Positions 60,170 to 64,000 of a DNA stretch of 64,000 nt are shown piece by piece. The stretch comes from Negaprion brevirostris (Eukaryota). The position numbers and the translations under genes were made by a program. Each line of letters opens with the position of its first letter. Position 1 is the first letter of the stretch. Below the pieces are notes generated by a model. That model searched no databases. It had not been told where the DNA came from and saw only the letters and a list, made by a program, of their open reading frames with translations. Location: positions 22,755,822 to 22,819,821 of the forward strand of contig JARDVH010000150.1 in NCBI GenBank assembly GCA_030324005.1, read 5' to 3'.

Positions 60170-62640
60170 TCTTTAAGATACTTCTACACTGTCATTCTGC
60201 TAGGACTGTCCTTCCATCCTTTATTTCAATAAGGATGTTACATTTTCTACTCTTCAATCCTCTGGCACCTTCCTCATTTTCAGGGAAGCCTGAAAAATTA
60301 AGGCAACCCTTCTGCTATCTTCACCTCCACTTCCTATCGCAATCTGGGATACAAGCTGTCTAAACCAGGTGACGTATCTACCTTAAGCATAGCCAAATTT
60401 CCAGTACCACTTCCCTTTCAATATGCACACCATCCATTGGCCCCTCCATCTCCACTTCTACCAATATATTATCAAACTCCTTTTTCATAGTTAACACCGA
60501 TAGAAAAACTCATGAAGAATTAAAGCCTGGTCCTGTGCCTCTACGCATATATAGCCCACTTTGTCCCTAATGGGAGCCACTCTACTTCCATTTGCTATTT
60601 ATATACTGGTAGAAGATTATTGAGTTCCCTTTTGTGTTGATTGTCATTCAATTCTCAAACTCACTTTTTGCCTGTCTTATTTTCCTCGTCACCTCCTCTT
60701 TCTATCTACTGTATTTGACCTGGTTTTCACCTGATGAACTCATCATTCACACTCCTTTTTGTTTCATCAAAATCTCTATTTCCTTCATCAACCAGGAGTC
60801 CTGATTTTGGCTCCCTTATCTTTCAACCTTGCTGGAACGTACCTAGCTTGCACCTGAAGTGTCACTGTACCTCTTCCTTATAGATCACTCACGTTTCCAT
60901 TTCATCCGGGCTAGATCCCTTCTTATTGCATCCTCTTCTAATATAGAAGTTCTATATTATTTTTTGTTGTTCGGCAATACTAATCTAAACCTTACCCAAA
61001 TCACTTTTACCCAAATGGTGCCCCATAGACACTTCCATCCACTTCCTCCACCTAATTTCTCCGCACTAGATCCAATGGTGCCTCCTTTTCAGTTAGGCTG
61101 AGAACATTCTGATCAAGAAATTTCTCTGGAACACAGTTCAGAAATTCCACCATCTTTGCCCCCTTTATTCTAACTTTAATTACCTAAATAACAAATGGGA
61201 TATAAGAAATATAAAGTCCCTAAAATCTTCACTTTATATTTTTTGCATATGTCTATAATTTCCCAGTAGATTTGTTCCTCTACTTAGCGTGATTTGGATG
61301 CCTATAAAATACCTCAAGTAATGTGGTTTAATTCATTTGTGGGACTTGGGTGTCATTAGCTGGCCAACAATTGGTGCCCACCCCCAGTTGCCCTTGGAGG
61401 GCAGCTAAGAGTCAACCACATTGCTGTGGCTCTGGAGTCACATGTCAGCCAGACAGGATAAGGACAGCAGATTTCCCTCCCTAAAGAACGTCAGTAAACA
61501 AGATGGGTTTTTCTGATAATCAACAATGGTCTCATGGTCATCAATAGATTCTTAATTCCAGATATTTTTTATTGAATTNNNNNNNNNNNNNNNNNNNNNN
61601 NNNNNNNNNNNNNNNNNNNNNNNNNNNNNNNNNNNNNNNNNNNNNNNNNNNNNNNNNNNNNNNNNNNNNNNNNNNNNNATCGATAATGGTTTCATAGCGA
61701 TCAATAGATTCTTAATTCCAGATATTTTTTATTGAATTCAATTTCCACCATCTGCTGTGGTGAGATTTGAACCTGGATCCCCAGAACTTTAGCTGAGTTT
61801 CTGAATTAATAGTCTAGTGATAATACCACTAAGCCATCGCCTCCAAGGTGATCTTACCTCTTTTGCTTCTCAACTCTAATGAAACAGACTCAGTTCTTGC
61901 CCCTCAAGGAAAGTTTTTCTTCCTGAATGTACAATGTCTAATCATTACTGTTACCCCACCTCTCTTTTGTTCCTTCTCTATCTTTTCTTAACATTCAATG
62001 TCCCTGATATTAAGTGCTCAGTCCTCACCATTTTAAGCCACATTTCTGTTATGCCAATACAACATATTCCTACAATGTAATCTGTGTTTGTAGTTCACCT
62101 TATTCATTACACTTTGTACATTTATATACGTGCACTGTAATCCTGTCTTTGCATTCCATATGGTTGTTTTTAGTTTGAACCTATCTAATCTGGTACTACC
62201 TTCTCTAGTACTGGCCAATTTAGTTTAAATCTTTCCAAACCATATTATTAAACTGTCCCAATTAGTTCTGGTCTTGTTGTGGTACAAATCTAATCCTGCA
62301 TAGGTGCCTTTTGCACTAGAACTGGCCCCAGTGCCCCAAGAATCTTAAAGCCTCTCTCCTGCACCATGCTTCAGCCATGCCTTAATCCTCCCCATCCACC
62401 TATTACTACTTTGGCTGGCACATGGGACAGGCAGTAATCCAGAGCTTACTATCCTTGAAGTTTTACTTCTTAACTTCCTCTCTAGCTCCAGAAAATATGT
62501 GTAGGCCTCAATATCAGCTTTCATTGGTTCAAATGTGCACTACAACTTCTATCTAGCTGACTCCTTTCCCCCCGCAGAATATTCTGCACCCTCTCTGTGA
62601 TATATTTTGTACCGGCATTAGAGAAGCAACATGCCTGTTG
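60170..62640 (-). mobile_element. Long decayed CR1 LINE (ORF1 to ORF2 endonuclease/tether region) with a nested retroposon
   Basis: Minus strand LQCTYINVQSVMNKV at about 62100-62145 (endonuclease start); plus strand ctgggatacaagctgtctaaaccaggtga is the antisense of a decayed SPGPDG motif. Confidence 0.6.
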
Positions 62641-64000
62641 GGAATGATGAGTGAACAGGACTTGATGTGTATTACATCACTGGCAGTGATGAGCTCAAGT
62701 ATATGAAAGATTAAAATCAGAAGGCTGGTTAGTAGAGAATTGCAATAGTCAAGCCTAGATTCAACAAAGCCATGAATGAAGGTTTCAACAATAGAGGAGC
62801 TAACGCAGCGTGGAAATAGGGAACATTACAGATATGTAAGAAAATGGCACTATGCAGCTGGCAGCTCACCTCAGAATCAAATAGAATGCCAAGGCCAAAA
62901 CAACCTGCTTCAGCCTTAGACAGTTGTCAAGGAGAAGGATAGCATTGGAAACAAGGGATAACATTGGAAACTAGGGAGCATACTTTGTGTTGCAGTCCGA
63001 AGACAAAGAACAAGCATCGTGACAAATCAGTGGCAGCGCAGCGGTTGAGAAAAATGATGTTGCAGTCGAAATGGGTGTCATCAACATTTGTGTATGGAAC
63101 CTGATGCACTTCTGGATGATGTCTCTATGAGGCAGCCTTGCTGAATATTTGAGTTTGCAACTTGTGGTAAAATCTATTTCTAATTTTTTTTGGTTGTTGT
63201 TAATTTAGCTACTATTTTCTCCTGATCTTTTTAATAATTCCCTACTCATCACCACCAACCAATTATATAATTCCTTGGTGAAGAGATAGGTGGGAGTCAG
63301 TGAACATGAGTGTCGTTAGGTCATGAGAAGGCCAGGGTTGACTTACCATGTTAGGAGCTTCTGGCCCCTAACTGTAAGTTCAGGATGTCATAATGCATAG
63401 TGGAGACAAAATATGGATCTATCATAGTATCTAATGCATTGCATTTTCCCACCCACTGCCCAGATACTTAAACTCAATTCTAAACTGGAAAACATTCCAC
63501 ATAACACTAGCATAACAGGACTTAAAATCTTTGAGCTTTCCAATTTGCCACTTCCATAACTTCAGCAAGTGTCAGCCAGATGGATCAGAAGTTAGATCTG
63601 GCCCAGATATTCCACCAAGACTTTGAATGTATTTCTTAATAAAAAGGTTTTGAATCTCCTTGCTATTTTGTGTTTCAAAATAATGGCAGAAATACATCTC
63701 AAGATATCATACAACATGGGCTGGGTTCTGGGCTCAGGCATTTGGGATTCAACCATGCTATTTTGCAAAAATTGCAAAGACTCTATGAAGTTCACAGCTA
63801 TTTTCTCTGTCGGTGCCTGCATTAAATACTATTTTAACTTTCTAATACTGCAAAACAAGACCTACTTCATTCTCACTTGATACCACCCCGACCATTCACT
63901 TGGAACTGTAATTTCTGTTCTCTTTGCCCATTGCCCACTTTTCTCTAAAATTAAAACACTGCTTTTCAAAAAAGTCTGTCGTTCAACCTTCCCATTCTCT

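Noticed and set aside
61539-61738. Repeat tcaatagattcttaattccagatattttttattgaatt flanking a gap
   Set aside because: Gap-adjacent duplication inside a repeat; probably assembly-related.
47759-64000. Search for NFIC exon 2 (DNA-binding domain)
   Set aside because: No long NFI ORF found; it lies upstream beyond the window.
1-64000. CRISPR arrays, operons, tRNA or rRNA genes
   Set aside because: Eukaryotic intronic DNA; no repeat-spacer array; tRNA-like sequences are SINE heads.

Overview
Vertebrate genomic DNA, most likely a cartilaginous fish (inferred from abundant HE1/V-SINE-type and SacSINE/DeuSINE-type SINEs and CR1/L2/Rex1 LINE debris), with many N-gaps. The whole window lies inside one minus-strand gene, nuclear factor I/C (NFIC). 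Four internal coding exons are present (47687-47758, 18274-18348, 15024-15147, 5926-6050; 72/75/124/125 nt, all AG/GT, in one continuous frame). The DNA-binding exon 2 and exons 7 onward lie outside the window. Almost all listed ORFs are spurious (repeat-derived or run through Ns). The most notable intronic signals are: (1) five short Penelope-terminus insertions with 10-13 bp target-site duplications, three carrying minimal hammerhead-ribozyme motifs in the sense of the NFIC pre-mRNA; (2) a ~2.7 kb strand-skewed block with long decayed reading frames and a 118-bp inverted-repeat panhandle, a candidate endogenous viral element of unidentified family; (3) other orphan coding-like fragments; (4) a U2 snRNA-headed hairpin; (5) a duplication plus fold-back rearrangement next to exon 3; (6) a motif-dense candidate enhancer. 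Repeat boundaries and family names were read by eye and are approximate.
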